Shown in pieces: positions 32,400-45,477 of a stretch of DNA of 64,000 nucleotides. The notes under the pieces are model-generated. The model did not search any database and was not told the DNA's origin. It saw nothing but the letters and a program-made list of their open reading frames with translations. The DNA lies in the NCBI GenBank assembly GCA_946965045.2, contig OX337240.1, positions 2,542,001 to 2,606,000 of the forward strand, written 5' to 3'. Positions within the stretch are counted from its first letter, which is position 1, and every line of letters begins with the position of its first letter. This DNA is from Epithemia pelagica. Taxonomy: Eukaryota; Protista; Bacillariophyta. The position numbers and the translations under genes are program-made.

Positions 32400-35088
32400 T
32401 TACCATGATGGTTCCAGAGCCATTTCCCGGAAATAGGGTAGGTCTTGATGTAGCTTTTCCCAATAGAGGAGTTCCAGTTGAAATTCGAGCATAGATCTGC
32501 CGCCCTCGCCGCCGCCTTCGTCTGGTTCCGAGGAATCATCGTCCACAATCATAACACGACACGGACCGCAACAAATGAAATCATGGGTTCCGTCGCGAAT
32601 AAACAGTACCACCGTGGTTGCCGACGGATTCTCCTCATCGCCATCACCAACTCCTCCTGATGACCCCACCAGTTTGTGCGCCAAACGCGAGGTGCCGTCT
32701 TGCCAATCCTGGCGGCGAAGAAACCACGTCAAGAATCTACCCTCTTGCAACCATCGATTGCAATACCTTGCACCTCCCCCTCGTCGTCGTTGACTGGAGG
32801 GAGTTTCTCCGGGTCGTAGGGGTGAGTTCACAAAGAGTGCCATCGCGTTCTCCAACTCGACGTAGCCCGAACGTGGATAATATTCCAAGACACACCCTTT
32901 GGGGAATAACGGAGAGTCCTCGTCTGAAAACAAGGAACGGAGGCATTGATCCTTGGATCTTCCCGTGGATAATCCAGTGATTCTTTTTAAATGGTCATCA
33001 TCCTCCACACGCAACTTCATCGTTGGCACTCGCAATGTACCATGCAGATCCACGTACGGTTCGCCGTCTGTCACATCCGAGAGGGTAGGAAGAGCTGGTG
33101 CCATCTGCCCCGTCACCCACGATTGGCCCACAATCCATTCCTGGGACACGAGTTTCTTGGCCTTGAGTCGTCGAACTAAGCCAGGACTGGGTACCTCGAG
33201 AAACGAAAATCTCGTCGACGTGATCGCACGAGCAAAGGCTGTGTCGCCTTCGTATCGACCTAGCGTCGGCACTGATGATGTGTCCATCCCCCAGGTGGCC
33301 TCGACTAAATCCATAGCTTTTGATAATAGCTCAGGAGGAGTGGCAGCATCCAATGCCGCATAGTCCAATTGTTCTTGCGTCAGAGGTCGAAGGGACCAAT
33401 CCGAAATTTGCTGCTCCTTGTGGATGGATTTTCCCAACAGATGCAGGGTGAGTTTGGATAAAGATTCCGTCATTTGCCGTGCCGCATTGCTCCGACTACT
33501 AATTTGAATGGCCATTTTGGCCATGGATCCCACCTCGGCCACGGCCTGAATGGTTCGAAAGGCGGGAATGTGAGGATAGCTACCAGCGAGTCGTTCCAAA
33601 TCGGTAGCGATTTGAAAGCCGACTTTGAGAAAGTTTTGGGAAGACAACCACTTGGAAAGCGCGTGAGAAGTCGTGGCTTCCAATGGGTTGAGTGGTTCGT
33701 TTCGTCCAAGACAGGGTCGCAGTAAGGTCGGCAAATCGACGAGGTACACCTTGTTCAGTCGTTGCAGACTAATTTGCAAAAGTAGAACGGGTTGAATCTC
33801 TCCTGGCGATGCCAAGAGAAACTTGGGCTTCCACTCACAATCAATGCCCGTGAAAATGGGACAGGACGAATGGGTACTATCTGTCGCGTGAAGATCCAGC
33901 AACTGGTCCAAACTCTTGGAAAATCTTTGAATGGAAGGTTCGTCATCCACCAGTTCAATCATCATGGAATCCCCATTGACTTTCGTGAAAACATCCGTCA
34001 GCTTGAGACACGTTTCTGGATCCGGAGGGGTTTTGACCACCAACGGCGCTGAAGAAGCTTTGGGGGTATCCTTTTCACGGGACGCTTGTTTTCCTCGCTG
34101 GCGGATGCTTGAGGAGGATGAAGAGGACGATTCGGGAGGTTCTTCCAAAATGCGAAAGTCGAATACGACGACGTCGAGGGAGCGTTTGTCCCGCCAATGT
34201 TGGAGGGATTCTCGATTGCCCACGTTGGTCTTTCCCTCGACGCACAGGACCTGTCCGACCCGCAAGGCTCGCAAGGCCGCGGCGCCGGGTCCGTCCCCCC
34301 GGGCACGACAAAAGGTTTTACCGGCAATCAATTGAGCCGCCATGGCGGCTCCGTCCCGCCCCGACGTCCACGGCAAATCTTGGGCGTCCACCTTGGTGCC
34401 GGTTCCCACGTAATCGATCGGAGCAATGTCGCAAAAGACCAATCGTCGAGCCATGCGTCGAATGCCATTGACTCGACCGACAAAGGTGAAAGGGATAGGT
34501 TGGAGCGGATTGGGTTGATCGGGATGGGACAAAATGGCGTGGACTTGCTCCATCGAAGGCGGAGGTAATGGAAAGAATGGTTTGATGCGCTTGGTCCTTG
34601 TAGGAATGGCAGACGGTGACATGTGTCGGGATGTGCTACTACTACTAGTAGTAGAATCGTCGGAATCGGTATGACTGGACGTTGAATCCGACAGTTTAGT
34701 AACATTCACAAGCTCCGTACCCTCCACTTTCAACAGAATGTCGGCGTCGATCAAGCATCCGATCCTGGGATGCCCCCCACCACCGTACAAAATTTTGGTT
34801 TTGGCACTAGAGTCTTCCTCGGCGGGTCGATACAAGGATTCGTCGACGAGGATTCGTAACGGGGACGATGGTGCCACGTGTCCCAGAGGTGGTACAGACT
34901 GAGGAGGAAATCCACAGAGGCTCTCCACTTGGTCTTGGGGCGCCAACGAACACGAGACGCGTGGATTGGGAAATCGTTCGTCATGATTGTCACGTTCCAA
35001 GTGTCGTTCCAAACGTTTCACGATGACTTTGGACGACGCGGGAAGAACGACCACGACGGGAAAGGTCGTCGTCGTTTCGGTACCATTC
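32400..35088 (-). CDS. OB-fold + DEDDy 3'-5' exonuclease (EXD3/Mut-7-like) + DUF3427-like C-terminus; 5'-truncated
   Basis: FTGIDCEWKP, KVGFQIATDL and QQISDWSLRPLTQEQLDYAALDA. OB-like FVGRVNGIRRMARRLVFCDI..VGQVLCVEG. The frame stays open up to the duplication edge at 35089 with no ATG there. Confidence 0.8.
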
Positions 35089-36044
35089 GACTAGCGGGCG
35101 CCATGGCACCGGCCATCATGGTCTTGGCCCATTGGTTTTATTTGGCAGCAGCCACGATTGAACTCTTGGCTCCTTCTATGGAAGATGAAGACGACGATGA
35201 CGATGCAATTTCCGTCAGTACCAACAATACACCCTTCCGCAATGTCCATACACGAGGAGTTCAAGTATTTGCCCGTCGGAACTCGAGCGATCTCGAGTTT
35301 CGGCCGCCCTCCAAAATGGAAATTCGCCGCAGCACGTCTAGAACAGCCAGCGAAACGGACGTTAGTGGCAGAGTGGACCTATGGGGACGTCTCAGTAGCA
35401 GAGAGTTGTATCAAAACACCTCATCGTTTTTGCGAGGATCCATAAATGATGATGGCTTTGACAATGGTCCCGACCAGTCAAAGCTCGGCACCAGTTCGAT
35501 GCGTCGTCGCCAGAGTTTCCCGAGCTCGGGATTGATGAACCAAGAAATGAGCTCCTTGTCGCTTTGTAGCAGCAAGCACAAAGAGGAATCAATACAACCA
35601 ACAATCCCTCTATCTCGTCCCGGGAAAAGTATCCTGGTAAGGAAAAATGATGATAACCCCAGTGCAGTAGGAAATGGTGACATGAAGAACATTCCAGCGG
35701 GGGTCTATGTCCTGGATAGTCCCACGACAAGTTGGACTAGCAGCAACGGCAATCTCCTCACCCAAAATACTCACAACAAAGGAGACCAGGAGGACGAAAC
35801 AGTAAACCATGCCGTGGAGAATAGTCCCTCTTCGCCTTTTCCGGGTATTGAGCAAAGCAACCGTCAACATGATAACACAAATACAGAGCTTCTCGCCACC
35901 ACCCAGACGAGTAGTCCCGATCAGGAGGTTGTGGGCCAAATCAACAGTCCATTCCATGTACTCAAAGAGTGCAATGAATATACCACCAGGAACCAGAACA
36001 AGGACTCACCCGCTACAACTTTGGAGAGGCGTTCCTTATTCTAA
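35089..36044 (+). pseudogene. 3' fragment of the 5535-8783 membrane-protein gene
   Basis: LAGAMAPAIMVLAHWFYL...ATTLERRSLF. The N-terminal part of ORF 34878 is the antisense of the exonuclease gene. Confidence 0.85.
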
Positions 36045-36982
36045 TGGGCTTTGGAACAAGCGACACCTCAAAAGAGGCGCTGATTGGGCCTAACTGTCGT
36101 GGATGAACAGAATGGGGATCCTCAAGGATGTCGTAATAACATGTTTTCTCCCAAATAACAACCTACAGAAGCGTCGTAACCAACGCATGGCTAGTATCCC
36201 TAATCTTGCCACGCAGACCACCGGCGATTCAGCGAAATTTTGACTCCCACCATTGCAACCAATCAACAACCAGAGCAGATCCGATTACCATGGTCACAAT
36301 AACATGTTTTCTCCCGAATATCAATCGATCTGTTCCCATGGGAACCGAATAACCCACCAGATGCGAACACGCACTTTTTCTCCGATCAACCAACGTCTAT
36401 TTGGCATGACAGTGAGACCCATGTCGTGGTTGGACTCGCACGACCTTCTTCTCTGTTCGATAAGGGCACGCCTCCGTGGTAGTACCATCGACATACGATT
36501 GTGATATCCTTGAGACTCGCAGCAGGCGCAGCAGGGACCTCCGGGATTATCGCTGTCCAACCAAAATCGTCCTCCAGCTCCACGACACACGTTCGAAAAC
36601 ATGGTAACGTGTAGGAAAAGAGTCTGCCTTATGCTGCTCCCACTAGTGGCACTTCGTGGAGCTACAAGTCTATGGAGCGGGATCAGAAAGTACCATGCTC
36701 TACTTCTTCGCTACATCGTCTTTTCAGTTTCAAAACAGATCGTAAAAAGCCCATCAACCAAACAAAATCATTCTCAGTTGCTGATGACTCGTTGTTGACC
36801 AACCATGTCAAGAGTTTCAATGAAATCTCTGAACCCCGCGGGTTACAAGAATGTTTATTTGAGACAAGAGCCCCGTCAGTGGTCATCAAAATCCGAAATC
36901 CTTCGTCAGTTTGGTGCTCCATCTTCTCATAATTTCCAATCGAGCAAAACGATCAAGCAAGCTTCTACCTCAGTCTACGATC

Positions 36983-38009
36983 ATGTTGTCATTCTCTCTT
37001 TCATTCCTCTCTGTCTTTGCGTTGACCGTTGTCAACAGTGTCTCTGCCACGGCAGCAACATGGAAGGCTTACTCGGTAGCCGCTTGTCATGGTGTTGATT
37101 TTAACACCCTTTCCTCCGCGGAACAAGAAAACTTTGCTGCAGCCATACAGACTTCGTTCAACCGAATCCACGGACCCAACGAAGTCCTTTGGGACACGAA
37201 ATGGGACGCTGTGATTCCGGATGCGTTCCCAGGTTATTCTGAGACGCGCTTGGGTTGGCCTGAAGGGTAAGACTTTCTCCCCACCTCCTGTGCTTACATG
37301 ACACGAAGAAGCATCATCTTACCCTTGTTGATATTTTTGTTTTCTTTCTTGACGATACAGCGGTGGATCAAATTCCCATCTTGAATGTCACTTATGCCCG
37401 GATGACGACGACAACTTTGACGACACCCTTCCCCTTTCTTTTTCACAAACATTCAAGCCGGATCTCGTTGAATGGGCGGCAGATCTCACCACGGAACTCC
37501 AGAGTAGCGGCCTAACTGGTTTGAAGGAGGCCACCGTTTGCTCTGTCAAAATCGACTTTACGCGAGTTGCAGTGGTGGACACGGCTGTTCGTGTGCAGTG
37601 CCAGAACGTTGACTGGGGTGTTCTGACGACATCGGAGCAGCAGTTTGCGGCTTCCGAGATGCAAAACTCCTTCAATAACGTCCATTCTGTTGATAAAGAC
37701 ATGATGCGACTCCAAGACATGAAGAGTGTTCCGGAAGTTGGAAAAGTCAACTCGTTGATTGACGTGTTGATTGGTTTCGCGTGGCCTTCGAAATATGGTT
37801 ATTTTACTGGAAGCTTCTCGGCCGACGTTGATGCCAAGTTAGATGTACCAGCTGCGACCCTACGACGCACGAACACCAAAGATGTGATGGCGTTTTATCT
37901 TTGGGAAACCGAATTTGAAAAGCTTCTTCACAGGGGACCCTATTCTGCTCTTTCTCATGCCGCCGACTGTCGCATTGAAATGAAAGTTGTGGACAGCAAC
38001 ATGGATTGA
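36983..38009 (+). CDS. Second copy of the secreted CxxCPDDD protein; intron 37267-37360
   Basis: Same exon/intron structure as 9713-10739, with a few substitutions. Confidence 0.8.
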
Positions 38010-38442
38010 GAATCGCTGCGGGTTGAGAACATTGGTTCGCAATCTGTTGGAGTCGATTGCAAAGCTCTGTTCTGGGGTAAGTTCGATTGGATTGGGGAAT
38101 GGATAGGTTAGCAATAAGAGATCAGAGAAGCGTTAATATAGTAGACTCCTAGCATGATAAAAGAGGTTCTCTGTTGCGTTTCTAAATATGTTCATAAACG
38201 GGAGGCTAGTCAACCCTACCTAGTACCTTCTCGTTTTCGCTGTGAAAGTCATGTCCAAGTTCCGCTGGTCTCTAGAACACAAGTACTTTTTCTCATTTGG
38301 ATGTGGCAAAAATTAAGAAGGGCACGACAACGACACCATCTTTCAAGTATTTATTAGAAATTCTAACACTAACATGTATGTCCAAGATCTTATTCACCAT
38401 GTTGATAAATGTGTTTCCTTCCTACTAGCCAGATGATTGCCC

Positions 38443-38926
38443 CTACCTACCCAAGGTACACACGGGATGACCGTATCTGCGGGGGGAGTACATAAAAATG
38501 ATGGCGGCCAAAAAGGTATCGCGACCGGTCCGAGTGGGTTTGCGTTGAATGCCGGCACTGTTTTCTCCCATGCGTTGCAAATGTTCCATGAGAATGGCGG
38601 CATTGGGAAAGGATACCTGGAAGGTGTCCACATCAATCGTGAGCGGGGTAAAGCCGGCACGTTGCAAGAGTCCTCCCACATTGGCCATGCCGACAAAGGG
38701 TCCGACATGTGGGGACTCACACCACCTCTTCGCGTTCCAATTCCGCCATGAGGAGGGCGACGCGGAGTTCCGGTAAGGTGGTACCACCAATCATGGCCCA
38801 CATGAAACAGCCATCGGGTTTCAAAACGCGCTGGATTTCCGACAAGACTCCTGGAAGATTGTTGACCCACGGGTGTGAGTGCTGCACTCGCCCACATGTG
38901 GTATGCAATCTCACAACAACAGACAA
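38443..38926 (-). pseudogene. NDUFAF5: NDUFAF5-like fragment, copy 2
   Basis: ELERE(GA)GGVSPH(AT)[19 protein letters not shown]: two 2-nt insertions break the frame. Confidence 0.7.
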
Positions 38927-39098
38927 GTTAAAACAGACTTGACCAGTTGCTACAGACTGCTATTAGTAGTCTTCTGGGAAGTCGTGTCTACTAAAAGTCC
39001 ATCATTTCACTATTCCCCATGGTTTCCAGGTCTCTAGGTGGTATGGCACAAGAGTATGTTGTTTCATGTCCTTGCGGTGTCCATGACACAATGCTCTT

Positions 39099-41458
39099 TT
39101 AGAGGTTGCTGTGGTAGGATATGATTGCGACTGCAGGACCATGCTCTGTTGAAGATAGCATTGCCATTGTGGTTCCCAAGGCAGACAAGGCAAAGGAGTT
39201 CATTGGACGCTGTTTGTCCATGATTGTGGCCATGGAAGTATTGGTCCACAAGTCAATCGTGTCGCTCTTGTTTCGGGTCTTGTCGCTGGTGCGGATGGAT
39301 GTCTCGGAATCGTTCCATACCGCCACCTTCGGGTGTCCGGCTCCGTGTTCTTCTGCCGCGACCATTGTGCCCGGTTGTCCCTCCACCAAGGAGGACGATG
39401 AGAACACGTGTACCTTATTGCCCAATTGACAACCATGACATCTTCCAATCCAATCCCGTCCCATGGGGACCCACGGCTGCTGTTGGTCCACAGGATTGTT
39501 GTTCTTGTCGCTGCTACCCATGTCATATCGATAGGTTCGAACCAAGCCTAGATTCCAGTCGTGAAACGGAGCTCCTACCGTGAGTCTGGTTCCATCTCGT
39601 GAAAGGGCCACGGCGGATCCAAAGGAAGTGAGAGTATCGTCTCGATAAATATGACCGGTTGCTGTATCATTCTCCTCCTTCCAAATGAAATGCATTGATG
39701 CAGCTACCAAAGGTTCCCCTTGCGGGTACCATTGATTGTCGTGCGTCTGATACGAATACACTCGAACGCTTCCTCTGGGACCTTGACCCTGTTGCACTTT
39801 TTGCGGATGGGGAGTGCCCACAGCCAAGACGTGTCCATCACCGGACAAGGCCAAACGAACTTTCTTGGAACAAGCGCAGGAATCAGCCGTGGTGTTGGTA
39901 CTGTACTGTTTCGGAGTCTTATCATCCACCTGCTGGGCACACATGGATGCCAAGGATGAGTTCGTTCCCAAGGGTTCCCATGAGTCCCGTGACTTGTTCC
40001 AGGACCAAACATGAATGACACTTTTACCATCATCATCCGCGTGTGATGGTTGTAGAGTCGTCTTCTGCTTCTTTTGCTGGGAGACTGTGGCGACAACTTG
40101 GGCATTGGCCGAAAGTACCAGCGTGGATACGCTGCTGCTGGGACCACCACCCGACAAGGGTTGTCCCAGAGGGTTCCATGCGGTTCCATTCCAGGCAAAG
40201 ACCATACCTTGATACAGTGTCGGATTTGTGGTATTCGTGTTGTTATTCTTGTCGTTGTTGTTGTTGTTCTCAGCTGTGTCGTTCGTGTTGTGGTTGGCCG
40301 CAACCACGGCCAAGACACGACCATTGCCAGAAAGTGACAAGACGGGAGTATGAGAGGCTGAATGGATTGGTTGAATGATCATGGGACCCATTTGCCTCCA
40401 ACCATCCTCAATCTCCCTTGCGGGTTTTTTGGCTGTGGCATTGTGGTTCTTGTTCTTTTTCGGCAAGGACGATGTGGTAGCTGTGTGGTTCTTGTTCTTC
40501 ATCATCTTCATCTTCTTGTTGTTGTTGTTCTGTTTCTTTGGTTTGTTTTGGTTGTTTGTTTCTTGGTCCGTGGTATCATTGTCATTTACTCGTTGGTAGA
40601 CTGTTACAAATAGATGTTGCTATTTGTGCGGTTCATTGAGGTATTTTGTGGAATGAAACAAGAGGGCAACAATGGTTCCGTCATCGGACAGGGCCACAAG
40701 CTGAGGAACCAAAAAGGAGTGCATGGAATAATTGAGTCGCCGGTCCAATCGAGGAGCCGCGTCCACCTTCCATTCACCGGCCGGTGTGTCATTACTAGAG
40801 GTGGTGGTGCTGGTGCTGGTAGTGCTGTTGCGATTCGAGAGAGACGGTAGTGTGCTTGCAGCGATGGTGGTGTTGCTGTTCCTTGGAATGGTACTTGTCT
40901 TGTTGGTCGCCATAACTGGGATGATACTCGCAGGATGCATGTTGTTTTCCTCCGTAGAACCACTTTCGGGCAAGCCTACTTGAATCTCCAGCCCATACTC
41001 GTGCTCCTCTTCCTCCTCCACTTGTTGTTCTTCCTGGGCCAACCACCATGACATGGTCACACCCGACGAGGGAGCCACCACAAGTTTCAAAGCTCCAAGT
41101 ACTGCCATGACAAATAGAACCAAACACATCAACCATAACTTGGTATAGTAGTGACGACGACGTGCTGCTGCTGCCACACCAATGTTGCTGGATCCATGGT
41201 GAGTTTATCCTCCTTCTTGTGGCACATTACAAGAGCATCTTTGGACACGTCATGACACTGCCATTCCATTTCATTGGAATGGTCCTGTTCTCTTCCACTT
41301 AGAGCCACAAGTTCGAATTCTGGTTTCTTGTTGGGTGATGATGAATAGGGTGTTTCGCCTTGTGGTGGTGGTGGTGGTGGTTGTTCCGCTAGAGCCATTG
41401 TACAAGTTGTTGTAGGAAGGGTGGAAAGCCTCTGGTATGAATGAGACTGGTAGTTCAT
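39099..41458 (-). pseudogene. Type II membrane protein with FG-GAP-like beta-propeller repeats, disrupted
   Basis: ORFs 41129-41458, 40620-41177 and 39099-40511 are joined by one frameshift (~41170) and one in-frame TAG (40620-40622). Repeats LSLSGNGRVLAV, LALSGDGHVLAVG and VALSRDGTRLTVGAP. Confidence 0.7.
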
Positions 41459-42350
41459 AATGGCGACGATGAGGATGATGATGAGGATTCTACCGAGTCT
41501 TTAGTAAGTCGATGTCTTGTTGGTCGATCGTAAGGTGTATACTGTGGTTCGTTGGAAGGTCGTGTGCGGTCGAGAATGTCTCCGACAAGAACCCAAACCT
41601 CTGGTGGTACATCGGTGCCTCTCCAAACAATGGAACGAATGGCAACGTCCGAGAATAACACCATCATCATCACGCTTCAACAGCATCCTGTTTCCACATT
41701 AGCGTCTCGTTTCTCTTTTTGGAACTTGAAACAAAAAAGTGTGACTGTGCGTAATGGTTCGTGATTCGTGGTGATTATCGGAGTCCATGCGGAGATTCTT
41801 TTGAGCGGGGCATATGTGTTTGATCCCCCAAAAGGATGTAGTCGCTCCAAAGTCGCGTACATTCATTCCCTCATAACCATGACTCGACTAGGTACGTCGG
41901 AAGACATAGACATATGTTCGGTGAGATTTTTCTACCTTTATCCCTATCGGAAGCTTGAGTCCTGTTGGTTCGTGATTCAAAGACTGACAGGATGGACCCT
42001 TAGACCCATTCACGAGCAGGACCTGGAATTTCTTTTCTACTAGCTAGGGAGTATCATCCGCGCCAAGGCTGCAGTTGCATTTCCCCCCCCCCCCAAACGT
42101 CAAAATCGTGACTAACTTTTTTCCTGCTTCCGCGAAATTTGTGTCACCGTCTCTCTTGTTCATCTCTCTTCATGTCCGGTGGTGCAAGGGAAAGGGGGAT
42201 CACATTCGCCAATAAACGAAACAATAGGATTGGGGATTGAGGAGAGTCGGTCGAAACAGAGAGAGAAACTTTTCTATTGGCTGCAAATTTCTTGTTGTTT
42301 TTATTTTGTTCCGAATCCAAACTCCCCCCGTCACAACAGAATCATTGACC

Positions 42351-44993
42351 ATGAAGGCAAGGAAGCCTAACGGTAGCTTCCAGGTTGTGGGCGGGGTCTT
42401 CTTATTCCTTATGGCGTTGGTGACAGGCGTTTTGAACCAGACACTACCGACAGGAGATATGAAAGCAGCAGACTTGCTCCAAGCACAACAACAACAACCA
42501 CAACGTCCGGAACTATCGGTTGCCATTAGAGAAAAGCTTGAAAGAGGTCAGCGTTTGAATCGAGTCGAGCGAGAAGAAATTCGAAATTTGGAACACAAAG
42601 TTTACCTGTGGGAACGGGCGTCCTCTGATGAGGTGAGTTTTTTTTGTGTGTGGTGGTTGGTGAACAGTGCTGTATCAGCAGCACCCGCTCGTCTCAGTTT
42701 CATTTGTTGATCCTCTTGCTCGAAACCGAAATAACTCCTCCCCCGCTGTGTGTGTGAGCAGGTATCGAATACTTACAAGGCGGCGGCCTTGCGTGCGTAT
42801 CGTTTGCGATTTATGCGGCGTCAAACAGGCATTTGGAGAACTCGAGAAAAGACGTCATCCGAACTGCTCTTTCCAGGCGTGCCTCCCAAAAGTTACCAAA
42901 CTGGAGAGTCCATGTCTGTCTACGTGGATTTGGTGGATTCCCTCCATACATCCATACCTTACGAGTATTACGGGTTGCCAGCGTGTTCAGAGCCATATCC
43001 GACAGAGCGAGAACGTCAAGACCTTCATAAGCGACAAAACCTTGGTGCTTGCTTGCAGGGTCACAATTTCAGAACGGCACCCTTTCCAAAGCTTCGCGTC
43101 AAGACCAATATGGGATGTACTCCCAAATGTGTGGGCGGTTTAGATTCCAAAACCATGCGCAGAATGCGTCGTTTGATTGATCGACAATATCGTGTTCAAC
43201 TCACCTTGGATCACCTCCCCGTTTTGACACGAAGCAAAGAACGCAATCACGTGACTCGTGGATACCCCCTCGGCTTTCAGTCATTTCCCGCAACCGTGCT
43301 CAAGGCACCCATGTTGGGAGAATTTTATCTGTTTAATCACTTCAAGTTTGTCATTACCTACCAGGAGGATCCTTCTTCCTTTTATGGTGTCCGAATCACT
43401 GGCTTTGATGTTCACCCCATGTCCATAAACCATGAATTACCCATTAATGGATCGGTCAGCACTTGCAGTGGAGGAGCAGTGGAAGATGACCCCGACAAAT
43501 ATTTTGTTCTTCTCAGGCAAAATACTGATCCACGTCGCGTTGTCTACTCATATGAGGTGGAATGGGTTGAATCCGAGCTTCCTTGGTCTGATCGTTGGGA
43601 CGTCTATCTGCTGGAGTCTCGGGATGATCACTACTACCATTTCAAGAATAGCAGTGGTGTCTACTCCCTCATCCTTTTCATGCTGTGTATTGTCGGCATT
43701 ATCACAAGGCGATCTGTTCGCAACGATATTGCCAAGTACAATAGCCTGGATGATCCCCATGACAGAAACGCTGGAATTGGATGGAATCTTGTCCATGGAG
43801 ATGTATTCCGCCCTCCGATCACCACTGATCCTTTGCTCCTTTCTGTCCTTTGTGGAACTGGATTTCAAATTGGCAGTTCCTTTGCCCTCACGGTACTTGC
43901 GTCCATGGCGAACATGTTCAACCCTGTAGAGGAAGGACAAGCTCTCGCTGCCATGCTCATGTCATTTGCTCTTTGCGGTGGTATAGCTGGATACGTGAGT
44001 AGCTACATCTACAAATTGTCCAATGGAAAAAAGGAGGATGATAATGTGATAATGACTGTCATGGGTTTACTGGGCCCCGTATTGGCAGTCTTGGGTATCC
44101 TTAACGGTCTCTTGATCAATGCAGGCGCTGCGAAAGTTATGAGTACTTTGGTCCTTCTGTTTTTCCTTTTTCTTTGTGCATTTGCCTTGACATTGTTCAA
44201 ATTCACCAACATAACAAGCTGTCGGGCCAAGGCGATCCTGATAGCCATCATGATGGATTTCCAAGAATATGCTTATCCAAGCATATTTCTTTTTGTTGTT
44301 GTCCTCTACAGTCTTAAGAACATTGCACCAGGAGCGACAACAGTTGTAAGCTCCTTGGTCCTTCTCTTTGTCTTGTTGCTCAAAGGGTGTATGATGTCAT
44401 TTTTGGTCGCTACATGTGCTCCTATGGGAAGTGTACAATGCTGGCTGACGAAATGTCGAGTCCCGACGAATCCAATTCCACGGGTCGTTCCTCCCTTGCC
44501 TTTTTATGCGGACCCAAAGTTTACTTGCATTGTGGGTGGTCTTGTCCCATTTGGTACCGTGTATCTGGAACTCCATTTGGCATTGTCAGAGCTGTGGCAT
44601 CACCATGTCTACTTTGCAATGGGATCCTCCATGTTGGTTGCGTTCATTCTCCTCACGGCCACGTGTGCTCAGGTGAGCATGGTCTTGACCTATGTGCAGC
44701 TCCGTGCCGAAAACCATTCCTGGTGGTGGTCATCCTTTGGGAGTTGTGCCAGCGCGGGACTCTACGTCTTTCTTTACGCTATCTGGTTCCTCCAGACTCG
44801 ATTGGAACTGATTGGATTCTTGTCAGTCTTCATGTACCTGTGTTACACGGGTTTGATGGCCGTGTGCATGGGTCTGTATTGTGGTGCGGTGGGTTTCTGG
44901 TCATCCTTGTGGTTTGTTCAGACTCTCTATAATGCCTCGGTGGCAAAGAACAAGATACAAAAGTCCCCTTTGGTTCCATTGGGCAATCCATAA
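42351..44993 (+). CDS. TM9SF/EMP70 nonaspanin family protein; intron 42633-42761
   Basis: IPYEYYGLPAC, YRVQLTLDHLP, FYLFNH, GWNLVHGDVFRPP, GGLVPFG..YLEL and ENHSWWWSSF. A phase-0 intron (GAG|GTGAG...GAGCAG) links an upstream exon. Confidence 0.9.
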
Positions 44994-45477
44994 TGCGTGC
45001 CATACGTGCCATGACTCAACGACGAGAACGTCCACCGCATTGCCCCTTTTCTGTGACAAAACACAACACTGAAACCGCAGCAACACCCGATCCTAGTGTT
45101 TATAGTAATCATCTTGTATACAGAGTTTGTTGCCCATTTTTCGTTCTTCTAAAAGAACCTTTTGTTGGCAAACTTTTGGATTGTGGAAGTTGGTTCTCTT
45201 TGGCCCATCCAACTGTGGAGTGGCACACTCATGGAACTCTCGTTGTACGGTGGTGCCATTTGCCGGGTGTGTGTAGTTGTTTGGGATTCTATAATAGATG
45301 TAGTATATCTACCGTAGTTTCGTTTCTTGGAGAAATAGGTACTTAGGAAGGTAGTTTTGTTTCTTGGAGAATGCATCAGGTATTAGTTTGGATGGAAACG
45401 ACGGAAACGACTCTTCCCTCCACAGCTTCCAAAGGTAACATTGTACTATAGGATTATTTTTTAGTTTCGTAGTATTA

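Larger units (their letters stand above)
35089..39337 (+). repeat. 4.2-kb direct segmental duplication, copy 2
   Basis: Collinear with 7822-12020. Confidence 0.95.
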
